Virus record (IMG/VR): IMGVR_UViG_3300042261_002385
Coordinates: 124,001-188,000 of that record
Length of the DNA stretch: 64,000 bases
Strand: one strand, 5' to 3'
Shown here: positions 9,379 to 19,676 of the stretch, in pieces
Position numbering within the stretch: position 1 is the stretch's first letter
Layout: each line of letters starts with the position of its first letter
Program-made: the position numbers and the translations under genes
Notes under the pieces: model-generated
The model's input: only the letters and a program-made list of their open reading frames with translations
Databases searched by the model: none
What the model was told of the DNA's origin: nothing

Positions 9379-10353
9379 TTAATCATTGAATACTTCAAAT
9401 GTTAGTTGATTTTCTTCAACAAATTTTCTTTTAAGACCAGCCTGCATAGTCAAAACAATATTTCCGTTATCAATTGAATAAGTCCCAAGATGGCTTGTGT
9501 CTGGATCTGTGTTTAGAGATGTGACTACTTCTGATAGATCATTAGAAGTCAAATTAGAGTAAAAAGTAGTAATTAGTTGAGAATCTCTGAGTAAATTTAT
9601 TGATGTATTGACAATTGGATAAGAACTAGAGACAGTGCCAGTTATTGTTATTGGAGTTGTATCTAAATCTTGTTTAAGATAAATTTCAACTGGAGTGTAG
9701 TATAGTCTATCACTCAAATAATCTACAGCTCCATAATCGTATACGTTGAGAATTATTGAATCATCTTTAAAAGACAAACTGTATATTTGAATCCACATTT
9801 GTAATTGTTCGGTTGTCATGTAATTCCAGTTATTTTTCTCTTGAGTGGAAACCATAACTTTATTTCTTGGAAAACTATTATAAACTGGACCAAAATCCTC
9901 ATGAAAAGCTACATAGTAACCTTCCCCACCAAAAGGTGTTTTGACCCAAGATAAATTAAAACCTAAATTGTTCTCTAAAACTTCAACAACAAGTGTTCCG
10001 CTTGAAATAATTGTAGAACCATTAGAAAAATTTGTTGGATAGCTACCATTCGCTATAAATACACAACCTGTTTGATTTATTGTTCCAGAAGTGACTGTAG
10101 CAATATTACTAAAATCATCACCAGACACATAATTAGATATTGTGTATTCCTCACCAATTATTAAAGCGTAGTCAAAAAAACTCATATCAGTGCCAGTAAT
10201 TACTTCTGTCTGGGTTAGTAGAGCCTTATAACTAGAAATACTATATGTTCCATCAGTGACAATAAGACCACCATCTACTCTAAGATTTCCACTAAGAGTT
10301 AGATCACCGGAAAGTGTCTGATTAGCTAAATTATCAACGATATATTTTCTCAT
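9379..10353 (-). CDS. Putative virion structural/fibre-associated protein
   Basis: Thr/Ser/Gly beta-rich composition; LSGDLTLSGNLRVDG fibre-like start; in structural cluster. Confidence 0.55.
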   Translation of the reverse strand: MRKYIVDNLANQTLSGDLTLSGNLRVDGGLIVTDGTYSISSYKALLTQTEVITGTDMSFFDYALIIGEEYTISNYVSGDDFSNIATVTSGTINQTGCVFIANGSYPTNFSNGSTIISSGTLVVEVLENNLGFNLSWVKTPFGGEGYYVAFHEDFGPVYNSFPRNKVMVSTQEKNNWNYMTTEQLQMWIQIYSLSFKDDSIILNVYDYGAVDYLSDRLYYTPVEIYLKQDLDTTPITITGTVSSSYPIVNTSINLLRDSQLITTFYSNLTSNDLSEVVTSLNTDPDTSHLGTYSIDNGNIVLTMQAGLKRKFVEENQLTFEVFND

Positions 10354-10368
10354 TCTATTTTTTAATTT

Positions 10369-12891
10369 TTATTGGTTTATATTTATAATTGTTAACACAT
10401 CATTCTCATCATAATAAGATAATCTATCTAATCCATTTGAATTTTTAAAAATATTACAACTATAATCTTCATAGACAGATGGAGTTCCTGAAACAGAAAG
10501 AACAGTCAATGTCAAATCAGTTTCACCACCAAAAGAAGCAGAAGCTATTGTAAGAGTATCATTAACAGAAAATCCAATTCCTGACGCACTGATAATAACC
10601 TGTGAGACAACACCGGATGAAACTTGTACATCAAAATATGAGTTTATACCAGAACCACCTGTTGCACCAACCGCCAAGTGTAATGTGTCAGGTGAAGCCG
10701 TGGCCGAGCTCCAAGTTATTGACGTGACTGTATTGTAATATGTAAGAAAATTATATTCATTAAGATTGTGAATTTTTACATCATTGTTTCTAAAATAGTC
10801 ACCAATTTCGTTGCCATTGAAAAGATCTTGAATAAAATTATTATAAAAATATTCCCCTACTGTATTTTGATTAAAATAGTTACCAATGATGTTACCAAAC
10901 GATTGAGCTCCACCATATCCGAAGTCATTCTGAATATTATTGTTGTTAAAATAATTACCAATTTTATTAAATGCAAAATTGTTAGCTAAAGTATTACTAT
11001 AAAAATTATCACCGATGGTATTAGAGAAAAAGTCATTACCAATATTATTATCATAAAAATAAGAACTTATTATATTTTTCTCAAAATTATCACCTATAGT
11101 ATTATAAATAGATTCACATCCAATTATGTTTTGATGTATGTTATTACCTAAATCATTATATGAAAAATTTTCTCCAAATTCATTACCAGTGGTATGACCA
11201 AAGAAAAGATTGCCTTTGACATTAGATTTACAAGAATTTTGTCTGAAATCATTAGCTCCATAGTTTTCAAAATCTCCTACAATATTATCATTGAAGTTAA
11301 ATCCAATTTCATTTCTGTAAAAGAAATTATAAATATCATTACTCACAAAATCATTAAAAATTTTGTTTTCATAGAAATCTCTATAAATATTGTTGTTTTC
11401 AAATCCATTACCAATATGATTTTCATAAAATTGAACTTCTCCAAAGTTTGCAATATCACCTATGATATTATTATAAAAGTAATCTCCTATCTTATTGTCT
11501 CTAGTAGTAGAGTAAAATTTATTAGCATTTCCTCCATTACCAAGAGTATTAGACTCAAACTCTCCACGAATTTCATTATTATTAAAACCAACACCAATAA
11601 TATTTTTTAAGAAACCATCAGAAAGAGTATTTATAATATTATTATTAAAGCCATTTCCAATTATATTATTTTGAAAGTCTTGTCCTGAGATTTTATTATT
11701 ATCAAATTGATTATTAATTCTATTTCTATAGAAACTACCAACAGTAATAATATTATCATTAAAATCTTCACCAACTGAGTTTCTTTGAAAATTAGCAGTT
11801 ATAATATTTCTTTGAAAATAATTTCCTATCTGATTCTGGTCAAAGTCATCATCTGTGATATTATGAGAAAAGAAATTACCTATTGTGTTATTGCTACAAT
11901 CATCATCAAAAGTGTTATTGTAACAATTATTTCCGAATCTGTTATTATAATAAGAACCATCTAAGAAAACGTTGTTTGATAATACAAAATTTCCTATACC
12001 GTCCTGTAGGTAAGAATTAGCATGATCCCCGATGTAATTATTAAAAGCAGTAACACCATCAAAAGTTCTAATATTATAGGATTCACTATCAACATTGGTC
12101 TTTTTAGGACTACCGAAGTTCATTATATAGTTGGCAGAATAGTATTTTATATCATTAGCAGTAACATCCCAAACTGAACCAGTCAATGACATGGCGGTAG
12201 CACTTGTTATTGTATCAATTTTAAAAACCTCTTCACTAAAGTATGGTAAAGCAATTACATCACCTTCTGAAAAGTTTGTGAAAACAGTATCAACACCAGT
12301 GACTATACCACCTACTACACTAACTGTTCCTGCCTGTGGATTATTTATATCATATAAATAATAATCATATCTCTTAAAATAAACTTCTCTATGGTCATAG
12401 TCAGTTCTATTATTCCACTCATCTATTCTTTCTGTAATTCTACCATATGCTGTTCCACCGGTATGCTCAGACTGAGTAAACGATATATCATATTTGATTG
12501 AATCTTTCGGAAAATCAGGCTGATATGCATCAATAGACAGAGCCGTGGCACTTATAGCCATCACAATAATTGAATGTGTACTACCGACTTTGTAACTATC
12601 TTCACTGTGAGTTGGATTTCCATAAATGTCATAATCTGGTTGGTCATAACAAGTTTTAAAATCCGATATTTCATAAAATCTACCAGGAACTAAATTTTCT
12701 GAAGTCACTAAACTAAGTAATGAGAAATATGTCACTATTGAATATGAACTAGAACCCCCTCCAGTATTGTTAGTATTTCCATTTTCATCTTTTTGACTGA
12801 AATTAGGCCCATCAAAACCAATATATTTAAATCCTGCTGGTGGGTTTGGCAAAGATGCGAAATCTGTCTCTTGAAAAATTAATCTTCTCAT
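10369..12891 (-). CDS. Putative tailspike/receptor-binding protein with Asn-rich parallel beta-helix repeats
   Basis: Dozens of ~10-11 aa N-x-I-G-x-x-F-x-x repeats (e.g. NNTIGNFFSHN, SNTIGDNFYSN); late-type promoter 12915-12925. Confidence 0.65.
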   Translation of the reverse strand: MRRLIFQETDFASLPNPPAGFKYIGFDGPNFSQKDENGNTNNTGGGSSSYSIVTYFSLLSLVTSENLVPGRFYEISDFKTCYDQPDYDIYGNPTHSEDSYKVGSTHSIIVMAISATALSIDAYQPDFPKDSIKYDISFTQSEHTGGTAYGRITERIDEWNNRTDYDHREVYFKRYDYYLYDINNPQAGTVSVVGGIVTGVDTVFTNFSEGDVIALPYFSEEVFKIDTITSATAMSLTGSVWDVTANDIKYYSANYIMNFGSPKKTNVDSESYNIRTFDGVTAFNNYIGDHANSYLQDGIGNFVLSNNVFLDGSYYNNRFGNNCYNNTFDDDCSNNTIGNFFSHNITDDDFDQNQIGNYFQRNIITANFQRNSVGEDFNDNIITVGSFYRNRINNQFDNNKISGQDFQNNIIGNGFNNNIINTLSDGFLKNIIGVGFNNNEIRGEFESNTLGNGGNANKFYSTTRDNKIGDYFYNNIIGDIANFGEVQFYENHIGNGFENNNIYRDFYENKIFNDFVSNDIYNFFYRNEIGFNFNDNIVGDFENYGANDFRQNSCKSNVKGNLFFGHTTGNEFGENFSYNDLGNNIHQNIIGCESIYNTIGDNFEKNIISSYFYDNNIGNDFFSNTIGDNFYSNTLANNFAFNKIGNYFNNNNIQNDFGYGGAQSFGNIIGNYFNQNTVGEYFYNNFIQDLFNGNEIGDYFRNNDVKIHNLNEYNFLTYYNTVTSITWSSATASPDTLHLAVGATGGSGINSYFDVQVSSGVVSQVIISASGIGFSVNDTLTIASASFGGETDLTLTVLSVSGTPSVYEDYSCNIFKNSNGLDRLSYYDENDVLTIININQ

Positions 12892-12943
12892 TTAATAAAA
12901 TTATTTTAATAAACTATATATTAAATGTTAAACTAAGACATTG

Positions 12944-14062
12944 TTAAAATCCTAATGCTTGTTTAATTCTTAGTGTAAAATTACTAACTACTGTCTTACA
13001 TTCTTCAGAGGTCACTAAAACACCACCTGATTTACTGAGTAATGTGTGTATTGCTAAAATGTTACTAGCTGTGGTTGAATAATAATAAATTCCATTTCCA
13101 CCATTAGCAGCTGTATCAGAAAAACTATTTAAAGTTCCGAATTGAGAATCCCAGTTTGTATGCCCTAAGAGTATTATTAAATTACAGTGAGATGGGTCAG
13201 TTGCATTATAAGTTTCTCTAAAGTATGCGTAGGTCGAAAATCCATTACTTTGAGTGCCATTCCAAATAACACTCGCAGTCATAAGACCACCACCATCAGC
13301 TCCTGAGTTACCACCTGACTGCCAACCAATTGGCCCAGAACCACTTCTACTACCTAATACAGTAAGTGGATGATATGTGCCACTTTGACTAGAACCATTA
13401 AACTGAGTATATCCTAAACTTGTGTAATAAAAATCCGTATCTACTAAAGTAGAAGTATCATTTGTGTAAAAAATAGACTGAGTAAAAGATGTTGTTGCAC
13501 CAGAAGAAGATGTGTAATTGACACCACTTCTTAACCATGGAGTCGTAAAGTTTCCAGAATCATACATGTCTCCACCTCCATCACTAATATAACTACCATT
13601 TCCATCAAGTCTATAAAAGTAAAAACTTGGATTTCTAAAATCAGACATATAGTTTCTTAGATATGAAGCAATAGTGTTTAAAGATAGGTATGGAGATGAA
13701 CTATAAGAAGTCCAGTAGCCATTAGTATTCAACCAAGCTGTGGCTTGTGTTGCAAAAACGAAATTCTGTGGACTACCGTGTTTGTTAGAAACATAATTTG
13801 CAATACTAATAAAAGATTCTCTGCTTGAAGTAGCACTACGCCAAAACTGCACAGATGCCGTTCTTCCATCAGGAACTGTCGTATCCCCTAAAACATTTTG
13901 ATTAGCAATGACATAACCTAGCTCTTCATCGGGCCCAGCAAACCATTCTAAAGAGGTAGTCAGTCCGGCAAAATTCGTTTCAGAAATAGATATATTCCCA
14001 ACTTGATTTAGACCAGGTATAGCCGTTCCACTATTATATGCAAATGCTCTTGATGTTGCCAC
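12944..14062 (-). CDS. Putative virion structural protein
   Basis: GTG start 4 nt after ATTAATATATA (14067-14077); Gly/Ser/Thr/Tyr-rich. Confidence 0.55.
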   Translation of the reverse strand: MATSRAFAYNSGTAIPGLNQVGNISISETNFAGLTTSLEWFAGPDEELGYVIANQNVLGDTTVPDGRTASVQFWRSATSSRESFISIANYVSNKHGSPQNFVFATQATAWLNTNGYWTSYSSSPYLSLNTIASYLRNYMSDFRNPSFYFYRLDGNGSYISDGGGDMYDSGNFTTPWLRSGVNYTSSSGATTSFTQSIFYTNDTSTLVDTDFYYTSLGYTQFNGSSQSGTYHPLTVLGSRSGSGPIGWQSGGNSGADGGGLMTASVIWNGTQSNGFSTYAYFRETYNATDPSHCNLIILLGHTNWDSQFGTLNSFSDTAANGGNGIYYYSTTASNILAIHTLLSKSGGVLVTSEECKTVVSNFTLRIKQALGF

Positions 14063-14101
14063 GTAGTATATATTAATTTTTAATAATATAGTTAGTGACT
14101 A

Positions 14102-16831
14102 TCAACTAAATGGATTTATCTGACCTAATACTTGACTCCAAGTAGCAGAAGTTCTTAAAAATGTGAATCCAACTACATCAACTTTATTAGCAGAGGCAGA
14201 ATAAGTTCCACCAGCCCATTTAACACTCTGTGTGACTCCCTCAATATGAACAATTGTTGGTGAGTAAGCTGTAGCTCCTTGGCTAATAATAATAGTAGCT
14301 GTGACCGCTCTGTTATTAGTTGTTGGAACATTGACAAATTTAGCTGTGTAATTAGTTGAAGCCGTTCCGTGATACCAAATCGAACCTAAAGTGAAATCAT
14401 AAACAACATTAGATGCTGTAGCACCTGTTGGTTCTGAGCCGATAACTTCTATGACTTCAGCCAACTCAGATAAACCTGTAGATGAGAATGTGGCAGTAAG
14501 AGTCAAACTGTCACCTACTGATGTTCCACTTGTTCCAGCAGTACCAGAAGTGCCATTTGTTCCAGAAGTACCATTAATTCCAGAACTACCACTTGTGCCA
14601 GAAGTTCCTGCCTCACCACTTGTTCCAGAGGTTCCGGTCGTTCCGGATTCACCACTAGTGCCAGAAGTTCCAGTAGTGCCAGAAGTTCCAGACTCACCAG
14701 TAGTCCCAGAGGTTCCCGATTCACCGCTTGTGCCAGAAGTTCCAGTGGTTCCAGATTCTCCACTTGTTCCAGACGTTCCAGTAGTTCCTGCCTCACCACT
14801 TGTGCCAGAAGTTCCTGCCTCACCACTTGTGCCAGAAGTTCCTGCCTCACCACTTGTGCCAGAGGTTCCTGTATCACCACTTGTTCCGGACGTTCCAGAT
14901 TCCCCGCTTGTTCCAGACGTTCCAGTAGTTCCAGATGTTCCTGCCTCACCACTTGTGCCAGAGGTTCCCGTATCACCACTTGTTCCGGACGTTCCAGATT
15001 CCCCGCTTGTTCCAGACGTTCCAGTAGTTCCAGTAGTTCCAGATGTTCCTGCCTCACCACTTGTTCCAGAAGTTCCATTATCACCGGAAGTTCCGGATGT
15101 TCCTGTATCACCACTTGTTCCGGATGTTCCTGTATCACCACTTGTGCCAGAGGTTCCAAGACCACTACTTCCAGAGGTTCCATTTAAACCACTAGAACCA
15201 GAGGTTCCAGTAGAACCATCTATTCCATTGACACCACTTAGTCCGCTTGTTCCGCTTGAACCAGAGGTTCCTCGAGTACCGGAAGTTCCGGAAGTTCCAA
15301 CCGTTCCAGATACACCACTAGAACCAGAGGTTCCTCGAGTTCCAGAAGTTCCGGAAGTTCCTAAACCAGAAGTACCACTAGAACCAGCAGATCCGGATGT
15401 TCCAGACGTGCCACTAGCACCTGACGAACCAGAAGAGCCACTGCTACCCGAAGTTCCGGAGGTTCCGGAAGTTCCTTTAGTTCCGCTAGTTCCAGATGTG
15501 CCATTATCACCTGAACTACCAGATGTTCCGTTGATACCTGAGCTACCGGATGTTCCGGAAGAACCATTAAGACCAGCGGGTCCTTGAATGGCTCCCATAT
15601 CAACCCAACCATCAGCATTTGAGGCGGCTGACGTTGGATCATATATGTATAGATGACTAGTATCTTGTAAGATATATGTATCTAAAAGATTTGGTTGTGG
15701 TATAGAATAGGATGTTCCTCTACTTTGAGTTAGTGATGAGTATGATGCTTCTACACCCTGTGGACTTAAAGTCTGACCAGGTATACCCTGTGCACCAGAT
15801 GTTCCAGAAGTGGCGGAAGTTCCACTTGTTCCAGATGAACCTCCACCAGAAGTTCCAGATGAACCGCTAGTTCCAGATGAACCGCTAGTTCCAGTTTCAC
15901 CACTAGAACCTGATGACCCACTAGATCCAGATGACCCACTAGACCCAGATGAACCCGAACTGCCGGATTCACCACTTGTGCCGTTTTGACCAGAAGTTCC
16001 GCTTGAACCCGAAGAACCAGTTTCGCCAGAAGTTCCAGATTCACCAGAACTTCCACTTGAGCCAGAAGAACCGGAAGTTCCGTATTCTCCTGAAGTTCCC
16101 GATGTTCCATCAACACCTGATGAGCCAGCATCACCTTCTGCGCCACTTATACCAGAAGTTCCGGAAGTTCCGGTCACTCCGGAGCTTCCTGAGCTACCAC
16201 TTGTTCCAGTTGTTCCACTTTGACCAGAACTTCCAGAAGTGCCATTTGTGCCGTTTACACCTGATGAACCACTTGTTCCAGTTTCACCGGAACTACCACT
16301 TGTTCCAGTTGTTCCACTTTGACCAGAACTTCCAGAAGTGCCACTAGATCCTGACGATCCACTAGACCCTGAAGAACCCGAAGCACCGGACACACCTGAA
16401 GTTCCTGACGTTCCACTTGTGGTGCTAGAACTACCACCAGCAAAAGCTGTACCGTTAATTATCAAAGATGATGTATCAGAAGATAAAATAAATGGTTGAG
16501 ATTCACTACCAAGATTGATGCTATTCATCATAACAGAATTTCCATCTGTTGATATAGTGACACCACCTATATAGATTGTATTACCAGAAACATGAAGACT
16601 CTTCCATCTCAAACTAGATGTTCCCAAATCATATTGAGAGTCAACATCCGGTAAAACATGACCTGAGACGACTGTATTACTTGAAAGTATGCTAAATGTT
16701 GGAGAAGTCACTTCGGTAAACTGAAATGGAACTCCAGCTACCCAACCTCTTCCATTCCATTTGTATCTTACACCTTGAGCATTTACATAAACGTCTCCAA
16801 CATTCGGGTTATTTGGCCAATTTGTATTCAC
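14102..16831 (-). CDS. Collagen-like (Gly-Thr/Ser-Ser) fibre protein
   Basis: N-term WPNNPNVGDVY..YKWNGRGW and HVLPDVDSQYDLGTSSLRWKSLHV fibre-type domains; two long G-X-Y tracts (GTS/GSS/GES); C-terminal beta domain (YDFTLGSIWYH...VKWAGG). Confidence 0.75.
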   Translation of the reverse strand: MNTNWPNNPNVGDVYVNAQGVRYKWNGRGWVAGVPFQFTEVTSPTFSILSSNTVVSGHVLPDVDSQYDLGTSSLRWKSLHVSGNTIYIGGVTISTDGNSVMMNSINLGSESQPFILSSDTSSLIINGTAFAGGSSSTTSGTSGTSGVSGASGSSGSSGSSGSSGTSGSSGQSGTTGTSGSSGETGTSGSSGVNGTNGTSGSSGQSGTTGTSGSSGSSGVTGTSGTSGISGAEGDAGSSGVDGTSGTSGEYGTSGSSGSSGSSGESGTSGETGSSGSSGTSGQNGTSGESGSSGSSGSSGSSGSSGSSGSSGETGTSGSSGTSGSSGTSGGGSSGTSGTSATSGTSGAQGIPGQTLSPQGVEASYSSLTQSRGTSYSIPQPNLLDTYILQDTSHLYIYDPTSAASNADGWVDMGAIQGPAGLNGSSGTSGSSGINGTSGSSGDNGTSGTSGTKGTSGTSGTSGSSGSSGSSGASGTSGTSGSAGSSGTSGLGTSGTSGTRGTSGSSGVSGTVGTSGTSGTRGTSGSSGTSGLSGVNGIDGSTGTSGSSGLNGTSGSSGLGTSGTSGDTGTSGTSGDTGTSGTSGDNGTSGTSGEAGTSGTTGTTGTSGTSGESGTSGTSGDTGTSGTSGEAGTSGTTGTSGTSGESGTSGTSGDTGTSGTSGEAGTSGTSGEAGTSGTSGEAGTTGTSGTSGESGTTGTSGTSGESGTSGTTGESGTSGTTGTSGTSGESGTTGTSGTSGEAGTSGTSGSSGINGTSGTNGTSGTAGTSGTSVGDSLTLTATFSSTGLSELAEVIEVIGSEPTGATASNVVYDFTLGSIWYHGTASTNYTAKFVNVPTTNNRAVTATIIISQGATAYSPTIVHIEGVTQSVKWAGGTYSASANKVDVVGFTFLRTSATWSQVLGQINPFS
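14510..16440 (-). repeat. Gly-X-Y (GTS/GSS) coding repeat tracts, ~14510-15585 and ~15775-16440
   Basis: 9-nt periodic, GC-richer sequence (e.g. ccacttgtgccagaagtt units) standing out from the AT-rich background; boundaries approximate. Confidence 0.85.
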
Positions 16832-16847
16832 TATTCATTTCTTATTT

Positions 16848-18479
16848 TTATATTACTCCATATACTCTTAAGCTATCTACTGTCCAAGTTCCACCAGAAG
16901 AACTTGTAGTTGTTATTGTTATAGTGGCTCCAGCAGCTATAGCCTCTGAATACTTTAAATTTCTACCAACATCATGTTGGTCAGATGTTCCAGTAGCATC
17001 GAGTCTAACTATTTTACTTCTTTTATTAACACCACCAACGACTATATTGAATGTTACTGTGGCATTAGTATTAGCATTAGTAAACAGACCACACTCTGAT
17101 TCAATTATAATTTTTGAATATGCATTTGCAGCTAAAGTATAGCTAAAAGCTGTAGTGTTTGTGCTACCACTCACCGGAGTTTCGTTTGCACTTAATAACA
17201 TAACTGTGCCAGAAGCTGGACTTAAACCTGAAGTTCCGGATGTTCCGGTGGTTCCTTGAGCACCTGAGGATCCACTTGTTCCTGATGTTCCTCTTGTTCC
17301 TCTTGTTCCTGATGTGCCATTCACACCACTGCTACCGGATGTTCCTGAGGTGCCACTGGAACCTAAGAAGTTCCCATCTACCCCAGAGGTTCCACTAGTA
17401 CCTATAGTTCCAGAAGTTCCACTGGTTCCTCTAGTTCCAGAAGTTCCCATAGTTCCTCTTGTTCCAGATGTGCCGTTTACACCAGAAGAGCCAGATGTTC
17501 CTCTTGTTCCACTTGTTCCTGATGTTCCGGTGCTTCCGGAAGTTCCAGAAGTGCCATTAACACCAGAAGTTCCACTGGTTCCTCTTGTTCCTGATGATCC
17601 ACTTGTTCCAGAGGTTCCTCTAGTTCCAGAGGTTCCGTTAACTCCGCTAGTTCCTGATGTTCCATTAATACCACTAGTTCCTGAGGTCCCTGATGTTCCA
17701 TCACCACCAGCAGCTCCATCAAGATTGACAACCCAATTTGAGTACGAAGATGAACCATATTTAGCCAATACTTCATATACTAACTCACCAGTAGAAGAAT
17801 TATAGCTTTCTACCTGACCTTCTATATAATTTGATGCATCATAAGATATTATTATTAATTGAGCGGCACTATATGATAAAGAAGGATCTACAGTAATACT
17901 ATATGTTGATGAAACAGCTGTAGTTGATAAATCAATAGCTGAGTTATATTCTACTCTAAATGAATCACCATCATAACCTGATGTTCCTGAAGTTCCAGCT
18001 GGACCTGTTCCACCAATAGGTCCAATTTCACCTACTGCAGTAACCCATTGATAATAGTCACCGTCATAAATATAGGTGTATAAGTTACCATATTCAGCAT
18101 CATACCAAAAAGAACCTGTTTTAATTTGACTTGTTCCAGTGCCTGTGGGTGTAGTTGATTGATAAAAGAATTTAGCAGATACAGCTGTTATGTAATTTTT
18201 AATTTCGTTGTTTATAAAAATTGGTGAGTTTTGTTGTAAAGTGTCTATCAGTTGTTTGATTCTTGGTAGTCCGAGTTTAGCTTCGTTATTAGAAGAAAAC
18301 GGAATATTTATCAATCTTTGACTTTTAAGACTGATAACAACCATATTGTTTTTTACATAAAGATTTATTACTGTAAATGGATTGACGGTGTATGTGACTA
18401 CTCCAGTATTATCCATTATTTGAATATTCGTATCGTTTGTTCCTAAAGGTCTTAAAAATTTATCCCAACTATAACTCAT
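16848..18479 (-). CDS. Second collagen-like (GTS/GTR) virion protein
   Basis: G-X-Y tract ~17215-17710 (GTSGTRGTSG...), GSFWYDAEYGNLYTYIYDG fibre-type domain. Confidence 0.7.
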   Translation of the reverse strand: MSYSWDKFLRPLGTNDTNIQIMDNTGVVTYTVNPFTVINLYVKNNMVVISLKSQRLINIPFSSNNEAKLGLPRIKQLIDTLQQNSPIFINNEIKNYITAVSAKFFYQSTTPTGTGTSQIKTGSFWYDAEYGNLYTYIYDGDYYQWVTAVGEIGPIGGTGPAGTSGTSGYDGDSFRVEYNSAIDLSTTAVSSTYSITVDPSLSYSAAQLIIISYDASNYIEGQVESYNSSTGELVYEVLAKYGSSSYSNWVVNLDGAAGGDGTSGTSGTSGINGTSGTSGVNGTSGTRGTSGTSGSSGTRGTSGTSGVNGTSGTSGSTGTSGTSGTRGTSGSSGVNGTSGTRGTMGTSGTRGTSGTSGTIGTSGTSGVDGNFLGSSGTSGTSGSSGVNGTSGTRGTRGTSGTSGSSGAQGTTGTSGTSGLSPASGTVMLLSANETPVSGSTNTTAFSYTLAANAYSKIIIESECGLFTNANTNATVTFNIVVGGVNKRSKIVRLDATGTSDQHDVGRNLKYSEAIAAGATITITTTSSSGGTWTVDSLRVYGVI

Positions 18480-18494
18480 TTTTTATAATTTTTT

Positions 18495-19637
18495 TTAAAT
18501 TATTATATCCAAATTTACATTCACTCCACCTAAAGTATTATGAGCCAAGTCTGTAAAATTGAATGTAAGAGAATACGTTCCTACTACAGATATTGAATTA
18601 ACAAGACCTTGAGTGCCCATAATTAATAAATCAGAAGCCATTATGTTTATATTTCCATCTCTATTATCATCAATATAATCAATTAATAAATCAGTCAATT
18701 TATCTTTATAAATTACACTTGAGGTTCCCCAATTTACTAATGAGATAGTCGTTGAATAAGTTAAACCATCAGTTCCAGTGTTGTAAGGAGTTCCTGAAGT
18801 AGCTCCTGTGTAGTTAACAATATAACTACCAGTAGCACCGGATCTAGAATTAAAATAAATGACCGGTGGTGTTTCATCCGGCAGAGTAATTGTATCAATA
18901 TCAACATTAGGATGTTCTAAAACATAATTTATTAAAGAAAATGCTTGATTAGCATGAAACTCACTAATAAAATTTAAAAAAACAGTTCCATAAGTTTGGT
19001 CATCAATTATTATAAAGGTAGAATCAATTGATAGTGATTCTATGTAAGGTAGACCAAAATAAACTAAAGCTCTTTTTGGTGTTCCTTTATCGTATATAAC
19101 AATAGACTCACCTACAACATAAGATTTTATATCTGTATATTCTAAACCGGTAAAAGAAGTCGCACTTTGATTCAAATCATCATTAAAGAATGTATAATTA
19201 TCATCAATGACCCCTATCATCAAATCCAATATAACTGGATATTTAGAATTTGGATTTGTTAAATATAATTGAGGTATTCTATTAGAAGAATTACCAGTCA
19301 ATACTAACATTTGTGCGAAAGTATAGCTTTTTACTGGATAGTCATAGTAAGAATAATTAACATAATTATCAGCTTCAATGACTGACTTTGGATCGAAAAT
19401 TGCTTTTATTGCTAAAAAAGTTGCATTGTCTCCTAATCCTAAATGATTGAGTAAATAATTTGTTTGTCCTTTCTTTAAAATAACTCTACCTTTGAGTAAT
19501 TGTTTGTAAGGCATTCTGGAATCAGATACAAGTAATCTATCTCTACTTGTTGAGCCTTCTATTGCAACAAACTCACCATTAGTTACTTTGATATATTGAC
19601 TTGAGTTTCCAAACAAGGATGAACCACATACTGCCAT
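18495..19637 (-). CDS. Putative virion structural protein
   Basis: 380 aa beta-rich ORF in structural cluster; late-type promoter 19659-19669. Confidence 0.55.
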   Translation of the reverse strand: MAVCGSSLFGNSSQYIKVTNGEFVAIEGSTSRDRLLVSDSRMPYKQLLKGRVILKKGQTNYLLNHLGLGDNATFLAIKAIFDPKSVIEADNYVNYSYYDYPVKSYTFAQMLVLTGNSSNRIPQLYLTNPNSKYPVILDLMIGVIDDNYTFFNDDLNQSATSFTGLEYTDIKSYVVGESIVIYDKGTPKRALVYFGLPYIESLSIDSTFIIIDDQTYGTVFLNFISEFHANQAFSLINYVLEHPNVDIDTITLPDETPPVIYFNSRSGATGSYIVNYTGATSGTPYNTGTDGLTYSTTISLVNWGTSSVIYKDKLTDLLIDYIDDNRDGNINIMASDLLIMGTQGLVNSISVVGTYSLTFNFTDLAHNTLGGVNVNLDIII

Positions 19638-19676
19638 AATAAAATTATAATTTTAATCTATATATTAAAATTATAA

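Noticed and set aside
10768-11610. + strand Ile-rich ORFs 10768-10989 and 11194-11610
   Set aside because: Antisense to the Asn-rich beta-helix gene.
14510-16440. Regularly spaced repeats resembling a CRISPR array
   Set aside because: 9-nt coding periodicity inside an ORF, no unique spacers, no cas genes.
14451-17805. Long Val/Pro/Glu-rich + strand ORFs (14451-15587, 17314-17805) and alternative-frame ORFs (14515, 15361, 15766, 15949, 16255, 17477)
   Set aside because: Stop-free by-products of the Gly-Thr-Ser codon repeats; no independent promoter or start context.
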